From: an uncultured Streptococcus sp.
GTDB lineage: Bacteria; Bacillota; Bacilli; Lactobacillales; Streptococcaceae
NCBI GenBank assembly: GCA_963527735.1
Contig: CAURTM010000001.1
Coordinates: forward strand, 11,815-75,814
Length of the DNA stretch: 64,000 bases
Direction of reading: 5' to 3'
Shown here: positions 44,986-54,572 of the stretch, piece by piece
Layout: every line of letters starts with the position of its first letter
Position numbering within the stretch: the first letter of the stretch is position 1
The notes under the pieces: model-generated
What the model was told of the DNA's origin: nothing
Seen by the model: the letters and a program-made list of their open reading frames with translations, nothing else
The model's database searches: none
Made by a program: the position numbers and the translations under genes

Positions 44986-47112
44986 TCATTTCCTTTTTGT
45001 ATATAAGCTGTAGTACTCTCCACCAAGAGCCATTAAGTACTTATGATTTCCCGACTCAACAATCTTACCACCTTTCATTACAAAAATAATATCCGCATCC
45101 TTAATCGTTGACAATCTATGAGCTACAATTATTTGAGTACAGCCCTGACTTTTTATATACTTTGTTATTCTTTCCTCATTAATAGTGTCTAATGCACTAG
45201 TTGCTTCATCTAAAATTACAATACTAGGATTATTTATTAATGCACGTGCCAGTGCTATCCGTTGTCTTTGACCACCTGAAATATTTGAACCCATCTCTGA
45301 GATGATAGTATTAAATTTCATCGGCATAGCCATGATTTCATCATAGATTTGAACTGCTTTACAAACTTCCTCTATCTTTTGTGAAGTAACTTCGTGCTTT
45401 AAAGTTATATTATCAAGAATACTTCTGTTCAATAAAAATGAATCCTGTGGAACTACTCCTAAATTTTGACTTAATATTTTTTTATCTATTTGATTAATAT
45501 TTATACCGTCAAATAAAACTTTTCCTGTATCAATCTTATATAATCCTGATAGTATTTTTGTTAACGTACTTTTTCCTGACCCCGATTGACCGACTAGTGC
45601 AATTCTCTGTCCTGACTCAATAGTCAAATTTAAATTTTCTATTACAGGATCTGAGTCTTTGGAATAAGAGAAAGATAGGTCCTTAATATCTATTCTACCT
45701 TCTAAAGAACACTTTTTAAGACCATTTTCAACATTCTCTTCATTTTCAAGCCAGATATCATTTACTCTATTTAAGTATCCTGCTGCCAAAATATACTGCG
45801 TATAAGCATTAAATATTGAGATTTCTGAACTAAATAAAATTGATGCCATAGTTTGAAATGCGACAACCTCACCCAATAAAATTTTTCCATTTAAAACATT
45901 ATAAAGTCCAAAAATCAATATAATTATAGGAGCGAACAATTGAAATACATTAGTAGCTGAATTGTATAAAATATACACAATACTTCGTTCCTTATACTTT
46001 GTCAATACGTTTTTTAAATGCTTAAACCAGTTTTCATATATTTCATCTTCTAATCCCGATATTTTTATTGAAGAAATAGTATTTAATGCTTCTGTTTCTA
46101 CTGAGTAAATCAATGATTGTTCTTGTAATTCTCTATTAACCGTATCATACATTATTTTTCTAGTACTAAACAGAAACAAAAAATTGATTAAACTCAATAT
46201 AAGAGCTATAATTGCTAATGTTTTTGAACTAAGAAACATATATATTACAACACTTAGAATAGTCCCAATATCTACTACTCCCCCAACAACTTGGTTAGTA
46301 AATAGCTCCCTAAAACCACTAAGACTAGAGATTCTGTATAAAATATCTCCTTTTGCCCTGAGTTCAAAAAAACTATATGGTAGTTTAAGCAAATGCTTAA
46401 ATGTAAAACTTTCAATATCTCTACTAAAAAATATATTAGAAAATAGAATTCCCATACTCCTAGCCAAGATAGAAATAAGGTACAAACAAAGTAGAGAAAA
46501 TAAAATTAAAAACGAGGTTTGAAAAGAAAATGTATTCCCTAATGCAGAATTAATAAACTTTGAAGTCATTACTGGTACGGAAAGTATTATTAAGTAACTT
46601 ATTATTGAAAATAGTAACGTCAAAATCAATCGACCTTTCACCTTTGAAAAACTAGAGAATACTCTTATCCATGGAGAAGGAAACTGCGACTTCAAAGATT
46701 GATAATTTTCGTTAGGAAATGATAGCAGTACTATATTACTAAAATGTTTTGAAAACTCCTTAAACTCATAATTTATATATCCTTTAGAAGGATCCATTAT
46801 ATAGACCTTATTCTTTTTTACTTTGTAAATAACTACATAATGTTGATTATCCCAGAATGCTATTAATGGTAACGGAAGTTCACTAATTTTATTTACATCT
46901 TTAACTTGATATGAGCCAGTATCAAAATTTCGTTTATTCAATAACTGTTTCAAGTCACCTATACTATAACCATCTCTCCCTTTTTCTATATCACGTCTTA
47001 AATCTAGTAATGTCTCTTTGCTTTTATAGAAATGTAGTATGGACAAGCAGCAACATAAACCACATTCTATTTGAGACATTTGCTCAATATTAGGTACTTT
47101 TCTAGTCATCAT
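44986..47112 (-). CDS. lanT: Peptidase C39-containing ABC exporter
   Basis: EQMSQIECG, HYVV..DP, GQSGSGKST, ISGGQRQR. Confidence 0.93.
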   Translation of the reverse strand: MMTRKVPNIEQMSQIECGLCCCLSILHFYKSKETLLDLRRDIEKGRDGYSIGDLKQLLNKRNFDTGSYQVKDVNKISELPLPLIAFWDNQHYVVIYKVKKNKVYIMDPSKGYINYEFKEFSKHFSNIVLLSFPNENYQSLKSQFPSPWIRVFSSFSKVKGRLILTLLFSIISYLIILSVPVMTSKFINSALGNTFSFQTSFLILFSLLCLYLISILARSMGILFSNIFFSRDIESFTFKHLLKLPYSFFELRAKGDILYRISSLSGFRELFTNQVVGGVVDIGTILSVVIYMFLSSKTLAIIALILSLINFLFLFSTRKIMYDTVNRELQEQSLIYSVETEALNTISSIKISGLEDEIYENWFKHLKNVLTKYKERSIVYILYNSATNVFQLFAPIIILIFGLYNVLNGKILLGEVVAFQTMASILFSSEISIFNAYTQYILAAGYLNRVNDIWLENEENVENGLKKCSLEGRIDIKDLSFSYSKDSDPVIENLNLTIESGQRIALVGQSGSGKSTLTKILSGLYKIDTGKVLFDGININQIDKKILSQNLGVVPQDSFLLNRSILDNITLKHEVTSQKIEEVCKAVQIYDEIMAMPMKFNTIISEMGSNISGGQRQRIALARALINNPSIVILDEATSALDTINEERITKYIKSQGCTQIIVAHRLSTIKDADIIFVMKGGKIVESGNHKYLMALGGEYYSLYTKRK

Positions 47113-49913
47113 GTCCTCTTTAACTCTAGTAATAAAACATTCAGTAATCTATCATCTTGTTTTCGAGATATTTCATAGACAACTCCAGATACTCCTAGCA
47201 TAAAAGAAAATGTATTCATAGTATTCAAATCCGTACTTAATTCTGGTTTGATAACCTGAGAAACGACATTATCAAAATACAAATCTATAGATTCTTTTAT
47301 TAATAGGTTTTCTTCATCTTTCAATATTGCATCAAGACAACTGATAGTACCTACAGAACCATGACATAAATTCAATTCTCTTATTTTTTCTACATTAGTT
47401 AATACATTTTCAATTATTGATAAATCATTATTCCCAATATTAGTTTTATCGAAAATTTCTTTTCTAGCTAACAAAATGCCCGGAGCTCCATAACACCAAA
47501 AATTAGGAAAGGAGTCATCGTGATTTCTTCTTATATCTTTCCAATTTTTTAATATACTATTGAAACATTCATCTTCTTTATGTAGTAATTTCTCTATACA
47601 TTTTAATATATCTGTACTAGGATTTATTTCATAATAATATGATAACGACATTGCAACTCCAGAATAACCGTGTGCTAAACCTGTTACTGTTATATTATCT
47701 AATTGTGAAATACAATAATTAATACACTTTTTTAATAGTGTAAAAAGTTTTGAGCTATGTTCTATCTTATAAATATTACATAATAAAATAATTAAACTGG
47801 ATATTCCTAAAAAATCAATTGGTTGATCTAACGGAATATCTTGTTTTTCTAGCATTGCTAAGTAAAACTTATATTTTTCATGATAGTCTGGTTCCGATGT
47901 TAGTATAAAAAGGCAATAATATATATATATTACTGATCCAATGCCATTAAACGCCGAAAAGTTTCTATTTGTTTCAATTTCAATCATTGACTCGAACCCC
48001 TTTAGTAAACCATCCGCAACTATCTTGTACTTTTCTTCGTTAAATTTTAAATATAGATAATATAATAGTAAAACTACTCCACCACCATCATACAGGTAAT
48101 AAGAAACTGGTAAAATAACTTTCTTATCATCAATCTGACTAACAGAAGGAAGTATGCAAAACTCATTATTATTATTCCAAACGACTTGATGATTAATATA
48201 GTCACCGACCTTTAATACTAGAGAATTTTCGTCATTAACAGGAATAATAAAATCGTGTAATGGGCTTTGATTTCTGTCAGAGAAAGTCGTATCTTTAACT
48301 GTCGATAAAGATAAAAAAATCACATGCAACTGCTTTAACATATCCTTTTTTCCCAGTTTTTGAAATCTTTCAAGTAGTTTACTTTGGATAGATGTAGCAT
48401 AAAAATTACAAATTTTATTTTTCATAGAATAAATACTCAGACTATTAAATTTTGTATAAAAGTACGGTACATCTCCTTTCATTAAACTATTAATTTCAAT
48501 TTCTACTTGCTTTCCTAAAGTACTGTCTAATTTATATGACGAGCTATTAAGTTTTTGAAATAGCTTTCTCTGATTTTTGATATCCGTAAGGTAATCTGGA
48601 TGGGTTGAAGCTTCTAAAAACTTAACATATACCATAGTTGGTCTTAGAACCTGTCTCAGATATAGAGGATATTTTTCTGACAATAATTTTATTTCTTCAA
48701 TAAAATAATTCTTACTATTTTCAAGTATAGTATAACAAGCTTTGAATCCATCAATTATCTTACCGTAAAATTTATTAGTATCTTTTTTGACATTACTACT
48801 CGGAAGTACTACATGTACTTTTTTTAAATGAATATTATGTGAAAAATCATTTTCTATTGTAAATCTAGTAATATTTTCAGATAATTGTTGATAATTAGTC
48901 AGCGGACTTAAATCAAAATCAAATAAAGAGCTTTGAAAATTATTTGGTAACAATAATGTGTCTAAAACTGAGTCTTTGATAAACTTTTGAAATAGATCAT
49001 GTACAGTTTCAGGATTTTGAATAGTTGAATTCCTGTTGCAGCTTAAGTCTGGATTTGTAAATAAAGTCTCAGAATCAATAACAATCGGATAATTCTTACT
49101 CATTATTATGTTTTCTTTATGGAGATCTGTCACTTGCAGTGCATAAGCTATTGCAAGAAGTTCACCATATCTATAAAAGTAATCTTCGTAATCATTATCA
49201 AGATTACATTCTTGAAACTCTATAAACTCCTGCCATCCATAATTTTTTTTTGAAATTGATTTAGGATGGTATAATTTTAAAGGTAAACTTCTATTAACTA
49301 AACTAAAAAAATTCTCCAAAAATACGTCATTATTTAACGAATGAGGCTTATATAAAATTTTATCATCATTATTATTTTTAAATATAACTGCAGTCTTTCC
49401 CCCGTTATGCCTATCACCAGTAGAAAGTACAATTTCTTTGATTCCATCATCAAAATTGAATCCTATACACTCCTTAATTTCATCTTTATCTCTGATGATT
49501 GATAACATTGCTTCCTCTATTAAATTAATCGTATGTTGATGCAAATGATAAATTTTAATAAATAAGACTGGGTATGCTTTCTTAATTTTTTTAAAAAAAG
49601 GAACCGTCCCCAATTTTAAACAGTATCTATGATATCTTTCTTCTTTCGGTACACTCTCATTAACTCTTTGCCAATTGTAAAAATCATCAATCAGAGTACG
49701 AATTGTCAAATAATATATCTCAGAATAAAATTGTTTTTCTAGCATCTCTATAGATCCTTCTGAAAGATAACGTCGTATATCTTTCGATAAAGAGTTAATA
49801 AAGTACTTTGAAAATTGATTATTAAAAGTATAAAATGTACTTTCATAATTTTCCTCTATAGTACCTGAAGTAATTGATTTTTCAATTTTATTTAAATAAC
49901 TTTCAACTGTCAT
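47109..49913 (-). CDS. lanM: Class II lanthipeptide synthetase (second)
   Basis: GDRH, YKP, TDLHKENI, IDSETLF, GLAHG, WCYG, LCHG. Confidence 0.93.
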   Translation of the reverse strand: MTVESYLNKIEKSITSGTIEENYESTFYTFNNQFSKYFINSLSKDIRRYLSEGSIEMLEKQFYSEIYYLTIRTLIDDFYNWQRVNESVPKEERYHRYCLKLGTVPFFKKIKKAYPVLFIKIYHLHQHTINLIEEAMLSIIRDKDEIKECIGFNFDDGIKEIVLSTGDRHNGGKTAVIFKNNNDDKILYKPHSLNNDVFLENFFSLVNRSLPLKLYHPKSISKKNYGWQEFIEFQECNLDNDYEDYFYRYGELLAIAYALQVTDLHKENIIMSKNYPIVIDSETLFTNPDLSCNRNSTIQNPETVHDLFQKFIKDSVLDTLLLPNNFQSSLFDFDLSPLTNYQQLSENITRFTIENDFSHNIHLKKVHVVLPSSNVKKDTNKFYGKIIDGFKACYTILENSKNYFIEEIKLLSEKYPLYLRQVLRPTMVYVKFLEASTHPDYLTDIKNQRKLFQKLNSSSYKLDSTLGKQVEIEINSLMKGDVPYFYTKFNSLSIYSMKNKICNFYATSIQSKLLERFQKLGKKDMLKQLHVIFLSLSTVKDTTFSDRNQSPLHDFIIPVNDENSLVLKVGDYINHQVVWNNNNEFCILPSVSQIDDKKVILPVSYYLYDGGGVVLLLYYLYLKFNEEKYKIVADGLLKGFESMIEIETNRNFSAFNGIGSVIYIYYCLFILTSEPDYHEKYKFYLAMLEKQDIPLDQPIDFLGISSLIILLCNIYKIEHSSKLFTLLKKCINYCISQLDNITVTGLAHGYSGVAMSLSYYYEINPSTDILKCIEKLLHKEDECFNSILKNWKDIRRNHDDSFPNFWCYGAPGILLARKEIFDKTNIGNNDLSIIENVLTNVEKIRELNLCHGSVGTISCLDAILKDEENLLIKESIDLYFDNVVSQVIKPELSTDLNTMNTFSFMLGVSGVVYEISRKQDDRLLNVLLLELKRT

Positions 49914-49925
49914 AATTATCTCCTA

Positions 49926-49951
49926 TTCAAAAGCATTATACTGGGCTATAT
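49926..49951. repeat. 26-bp inverted repeat arm flanking lanA genes
   Basis: TTCAAAAGCATTATACTGGGCTATAT; 25/26 complementary to 50383-50408. Confidence 0.9.
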
Positions 49952-49973
49952 CGTCAAAAATGTTGTTACTTAA

Positions 49974-50165
49974 TTATTTATTGCAACTCTTTGTACATCC
50001 GGAAGTTGGACATGCACCAGCACCAAATGTTACGGTAAGTGTAACACCCGCAAAAGAAATTGCAGCGGGAATAATAGTAGGACTTATTCCACCTACAACT
50101 TGATTATCTCCAACTAATTGTTCGAGTTCTAATTCATTAATTTTTCCTGTAAATTTATTATTCAT
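49974..50165 (-). CDS. lanA2: Lanthipeptide precursor, beta type
   Basis: Leader ELELEQLVG...VVGG; core ISPTIIPAAISFAGVTLTVTFGAGACPTSGCTKSCNK. Confidence 0.9.
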   Translation of the reverse strand: MNNKFTGKINELELEQLVGDNQVVGGISPTIIPAAISFAGVTLTVTFGAGACPTSGCTKSCNK

Positions 50166-50180
50166 AATTTTTCTCCTCTA

Positions 50181-50351
50181 TTATCTACAATTATTTTGAC
50201 ATTCAATTGTACCTGTGCAAACTGCACCTTTATTTCCAAGAGCTTCACTTATAAAACTAAGCTGCGCCCATCCCGCTCCAACTGCACTGTTATCACTAAT
50301 TTCTTCTAATAACTGACTGTTAATTTTTTTGGGAAAATCTTTTTGTGCCAT
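50181..50351 (-). CDS. lanA1: Lanthipeptide precursor, alpha type (56 aa, not in ORF track)
   Basis: MAQKDFPKKINSQLLEEISDNSAVGA|GWAQLSFISEALGNKGAVCTGTIECQNNCR; CTxTxEC motif; AGGAG RBS. Confidence 0.9.
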   Translation of the reverse strand: MAQKDFPKKINSQLLEEISDNSAVGAGWAQLSFISEALGNKGAVCTGTIECQNNCR

Positions 50352-50382
50352 CTAACTATTCTCTCCTAACTAATTTTAATTT

Positions 50383-50408
50383 ATATAGCCCAGAATAATG
50401 CTTTTGAA
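50383..50408. repeat. 26-bp inverted repeat arm flanking lanA genes
   Basis: ATATAGCCCAGAATAATGCTTTTGAA. Confidence 0.9.
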
Positions 50409-50420
50409 AAAAGAGACGTA

Positions 50421-53400
50421 TCAATCTAACCATAGAAAGTTATTCAAAGAGTGATCCGTATAATTTGATAACATGGAGTAACCCCACCCCGATAAACCAA
50501 CCATTAGACCGTATGTATTCGAAGATTTTAAATTTTTTTTATCCCATTCTTTAACAAGAACAGTATCAAATAGTTCCTGATATATATTTGTACATAAATT
50601 ATTTAGATTCTTTTTATGAAGTAGTTTAGAAGCATAATTTAATATTTCTAAATTTCCTAAATCACCGTGACAATATGTAGGATTATTCCCAAATCCATAA
50701 GCTTTAGTGTTCTCAATACTTAGTCTAATGTCATTATCTAAATTATCAAAATTATATCCTGAAGAAAGCAATAATAATTTACTTAAAAGTATCCCAGGTG
50801 ATCCATGACACCACGTATAAGATATTTGTTTTTCATCTTTAGATCTATACCAATCATTTTTATGAGAAGAGAAGCATTTTTTTTCATAATTCAATGACTC
50901 TTGCAAAATTTCCTCTGCACGACTATCTCCCAAATATTTCATTGCCTTAAATAAATAAGAATGGATACCTGCATTTCCGTGAGAAAAACCAACATAATTT
51001 CTATTTGGCATACATTCCCAAAACCTTAACCCGTCTACAAACTTTGACTCATGTAATATTTTTTGAACTATTTTGGAAATAACACATTTAATATCAGGTG
51101 TGTTGTAATATGAATCTGAATTAACAAGTTTTAAAATTACAGCCAATAGCCCTGTATTCCCACTAATTAAATCATTTGAGGTATCCCTTAAAATTAGTTC
51201 ATCTAAACTTAAGATAGATTTTTTAATAAAATTTTTATTTTTTACATCTCCAGTGAGATGAGCAATTTCAGCAAGTGAATATATCATCCCTCCTACACCT
51301 ATAAAAGCCCCTACTAAATGATTAGAGTGAATGTACTTATTTCCCAATAATACCTTTGAGGTTTCAACAGATTTCTTGGCATACTCTAAAAATCTTTTCT
51401 TACCTGTTATGTTCCATAAATTGATTAAAAATAACGAAATTCCTGCATTCCCACTATACAAATCATTTGTTAAAACAGAAGGTAACCAAACATCCTCTTC
51501 AAAACCCTGCATTGTTACACTAATCCAGGCCAAATCTTTTCGACCGTACTCATTAACTCCTTCAATTGAATTATCAATAATCAAATCTCCAATTTTAGTA
51601 GCAGTAGACAACCATAATTCTGGTTTTAATTTATTATAATATGTTTGAAATTTAATGTCATTGCTGTCAGATTGATTTTTTCTACTTATAAAAGAATCCT
51701 TGATATAGCCAATCTGTTCTTTTAAATCTTCATCACAAAAAGTAGAAATCTTACTGCTAAAATCTTCTTTAAAATTGGTTAAATTTACGCCTTTTACTTC
51801 TACCCCTTTAGAATCAAATATTTTATTATCACCGATAATAAAAGAAAAATAAGGAATATCTGCTTCTAGTAAATCTTTAAATTCTGAATCAATCAACATT
51901 GTCTCAGAATTTTCGATTCCTATATATAATCTTCTAAGTAACATCTTTCTCTCAAAATGCTTTTGAGTAAATTCTGGGCTTAGTGAGATCCTTAACAATT
52001 GTGAATAGTATAAAGTAGCTCTTGGTATAAATCTTCCAACTGTGTTACTAAAAAGCTCATATATTTTTTCAATATATATCTTTCTATTATTCATAATCCA
52101 TTTATATATACCTTGAAATCCTTTTATAATTTCAAAAATATAGTCTTTGGCATCTACAATCTTACCATTGATAATAGGATTGTTGTTTTTAGGAGAAATG
52201 ACATAATACTCTCTCTCAATATGAATATTATCGCTGTTAGTATCCTTGATATAGTCAGTTTTAAAAGTTGATATTTGCTCACTATTCATACTAACACCAC
52301 CAACTTCATTTCCTTTTAAAAAAATGGGTAAAAGCCCTGTAGTTATTACTGAGCTTTCAAATTTTTTAGAAGCTTTTTTGAATGCTGATAAATCATTATT
52401 TCTATCCACTATCTGAGGATGGATTAATGTTTCTAAATCAATTGGAACTGGATAAGCTCCTTTCGCAATAATGTTTTCATAATGAAAATCTACAGAATTC
52501 AAAGAATAAAGTATTCCCAACAATTCTCCTATTCTTTGATAAAACCCCTTTACATCCAAATCATTCATACATTCTTCTGTATCTATATATTCACAAAATC
52601 CATATTTTTCAGTTGAAATAATATTAGGTAGTTTATAATCTAAAATCGCATTTTGATCTCGTAAGAATTCCATCATTTTTTCAAACGATTTTTCAATATT
52701 AAGCGAGCGAGGCTTATATATTATAGTGTTTCCGCTTGATAAAAAAATTTTACTCACACTCTTATTCTTTTTATGTGAATCACCATTTCCCAATTCTATT
52801 TTAGAAATCAATACTTTAGAATCCGTTTTACACTGAAATAGTTCAAGAATTTTCACATATTGCTCTTGAAATTGTTGAATAATTTCTAAATAAAATTCAA
52901 AAGTGTTTTTTACTACATAGGAAGTTAAACGTGTTAACTCGGAAAATTTTGCATAGAAATCAACTAAATTTTTTTCTTCTTTTATATATTTATTCTTGTA
53001 ATAATCCATTCTGTTGACAGAAGTTTTTCCCTGAAGAACGCCTCTAGCTTTTAGAGTAGAGATATCTCCAATAATTGAACGATACAGCAAAGTGTTGATT
53101 CTATCCGCAACATCCAATACAGAGCAAGTTAAAAATTCATCCGAATCTTCAATGCTCTTATTTCTGGAAATGGTATAAGAATACTCAGAAAAATATTTGC
53201 TAATAAATGGTATAATAATTGAAGAAAATAAATATTTTTCTTCAATTATTTCTTTAAATTGTTTTGGAATAGCTTCTAAATTTAAACTAACGTACTTAAA
53301 TATAATATCTACATCCACAGTCTCGTAATCTTTATAGAAATTTAAAAGTTTATCGATATAATTCTCTCCTAAATGCTTTGTTAACTCCTTTTCAAACGTT

Positions 53401-53456
53401 TCTAAACTATACTCCGGAAAATAATTTAACCAATAATTAATCATACTTTCTTTCAT
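50421..53456 (-). CDS. lanM: Class II lanthipeptide synthetase (first)
   Basis: GDSH, YKPR, DFHYENI, IDLETL, GFSHG, WCHG, YCHG; ATG 53456 behind GGAGG. Confidence 0.94.
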   Translation of the reverse strand: MKESMINYWLNYFPEYSLETFEKELTKHLGENYIDKLLNFYKDYETVDVDIIFKYVSLNLEAIPKQFKEIIEEKYLFSSIIIPFISKYFSEYSYTISRNKSIEDSDEFLTCSVLDVADRINTLLYRSIIGDISTLKARGVLQGKTSVNRMDYYKNKYIKEEKNLVDFYAKFSELTRLTSYVVKNTFEFYLEIIQQFQEQYVKILELFQCKTDSKVLISKIELGNGDSHKKNKSVSKIFLSSGNTIIYKPRSLNIEKSFEKMMEFLRDQNAILDYKLPNIISTEKYGFCEYIDTEECMNDLDVKGFYQRIGELLGILYSLNSVDFHYENIIAKGAYPVPIDLETLIHPQIVDRNNDLSAFKKASKKFESSVITTGLLPIFLKGNEVGGVSMNSEQISTFKTDYIKDTNSDNIHIEREYYVISPKNNNPIINGKIVDAKDYIFEIIKGFQGIYKWIMNNRKIYIEKIYELFSNTVGRFIPRATLYYSQLLRISLSPEFTQKHFERKMLLRRLYIGIENSETMLIDSEFKDLLEADIPYFSFIIGDNKIFDSKGVEVKGVNLTNFKEDFSSKISTFCDEDLKEQIGYIKDSFISRKNQSDSNDIKFQTYYNKLKPELWLSTATKIGDLIIDNSIEGVNEYGRKDLAWISVTMQGFEEDVWLPSVLTNDLYSGNAGISLFLINLWNITGKKRFLEYAKKSVETSKVLLGNKYIHSNHLVGAFIGVGGMIYSLAEIAHLTGDVKNKNFIKKSILSLDELILRDTSNDLISGNTGLLAVILKLVNSDSYYNTPDIKCVISKIVQKILHESKFVDGLRFWECMPNRNYVGFSHGNAGIHSYLFKAMKYLGDSRAEEILQESLNYEKKCFSSHKNDWYRSKDEKQISYTWCHGSPGILLSKLLLLSSGYNFDNLDNDIRLSIENTKAYGFGNNPTYCHGDLGNLEILNYASKLLHKKNLNNLCTNIYQELFDTVLVKEWDKKNLKSSNTYGLMVGLSGWGYSMLSNYTDHSLNNFLWLD

Positions 53457-53522
53457 CGTATCCTCCAACCAGTACTAAGTCTTTAGATGATATCTAAAGA
53501 CTTAGGTGTACACCTAAGCATC

Positions 53523-53594
53523 TTACCCACCAACAATGATGATAATATCCATCACCAAAACCAAAATCGGTAAAAATTTTGAAATTTTCTTCAT
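53523..53594 (-). CDS. shp: Short hydrophobic peptide pheromone precursor (not in ORF track)
   Basis: MKKISKFLPILVLVMDIIIIVGG, divergent from rgg. Confidence 0.93.
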   Translation of the reverse strand: MKKISKFLPILVLVMDIIIIVGG

Positions 53595-53609
53595 ACTTGG
53601 ACTTCCTTT

Positions 53610-53673
53610 CCGTTTTTATTTATTGTACAATAAATAAAAACGGATTTAATTTTTGTTGGGAAAATGGGAAATT
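53610..53673. promoter_or_regulatory. Divergent shp/rgg promoter region with Rgg box
   Basis: Perfect 34-bp palindrome 53610-53643 with TACAAT on both strands; TTTCCCATTTTCCCAACAAAAA on minus strand resembles Rgg2/3 boxes. Confidence 0.65.
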
Positions 53674-54528
53674 ATGAAATCAAAACTTGGCATCACACTT
53701 AGAAAAGTTCGTAAAGGAAAACAAATTAGTCTATGCTCTGTAGCAGATGAACATCTTTCAAAATCACAAATATCTCGTTTTGAACGTGGGGAGTCAGAGA
53801 TATCTTGTATTCGACTAATCAATATTTTAGACAAATTACATATTACTTTGGATGAATTCCTTGTTTTACACAATGACGACTATACCAGTTCCGAATCATT
53901 TGCTAATCTAGTACAGTACATTCGTAAGCAATATTCATCACAAAGTATCAATAATATAGCATGTCTACTTTCTGATACTTCTGATTACACTCTAAATTCT
54001 TTTGAGAAAACAATGGTAAAATCTATTTTACACACAATGGATTCGAACATCATTCCATCAGATGAAGAGCTTCTTCATCTGACAGACTATCTTTTCAAAG
54101 TTGAAAAATGGGGCTATTATGAAATCATTTTATTAGGTAACTGTGTACGCACAATTAACTACAACTCCTACTTCTTATTAACTAAAGAGATGTTAAATAA
54201 CTATATTTACTCATCTCTGAATAAAACTAATAAGCAGATTGTCTCTCAGCTTGCTATTAATTGCCTCATTCTAAGCATTGGTAAGGAAGAATTTTCTAAT
54301 TGCTCCTATTTAATTAGTAAGATAAAGACATTGTTGGATAATGAACTAAACTTTTATGAACAAACAGTTTTTCTCTATGCAACTGGTTACTTTGAATTTA
54401 AACGTTGCCAATCAACCAGTGGAATTGAAAAAATGAAACAAGCCATACAAGTCTTCGATATTTTAGGAGAAGATAAGTTAAAATTACACTATACTGACCA
54501 TTTTAATAAACTAGTAAACAAAAAATAA
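53674..54528 (+). CDS. rgg: Rgg/GadR/MutR family regulator
   Basis: [37 protein letters not shown]. Confidence 0.93.
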   Translation: MKSKLGITLRKVRKGKQISLCSVADEHLSKSQISRFERGESEISCIRLINILDKLHITLDEFLVLHNDDYTSSESFANLVQYIRKQYSSQSINNIACLLSDTSDYTLNSFEKTMVKSILHTMDSNIIPSDEELLHLTDYLFKVEKWGYYEIILLGNCVRTINYNSYFLLTKEMLNNYIYSSLNKTNKQIVSQLAINCLILSIGKEEFSNCSYLISKIKTLLDNELNFYEQTVFLYATGYFEFKRCQSTSGIEKMKQAIQVFDILGEDKLKLHYTDHFNKLVNKK

Positions 54529-54572
54529 ACGAAATTATTCTCTATCTTTTAACTAATTAGTCGTAAATAATA

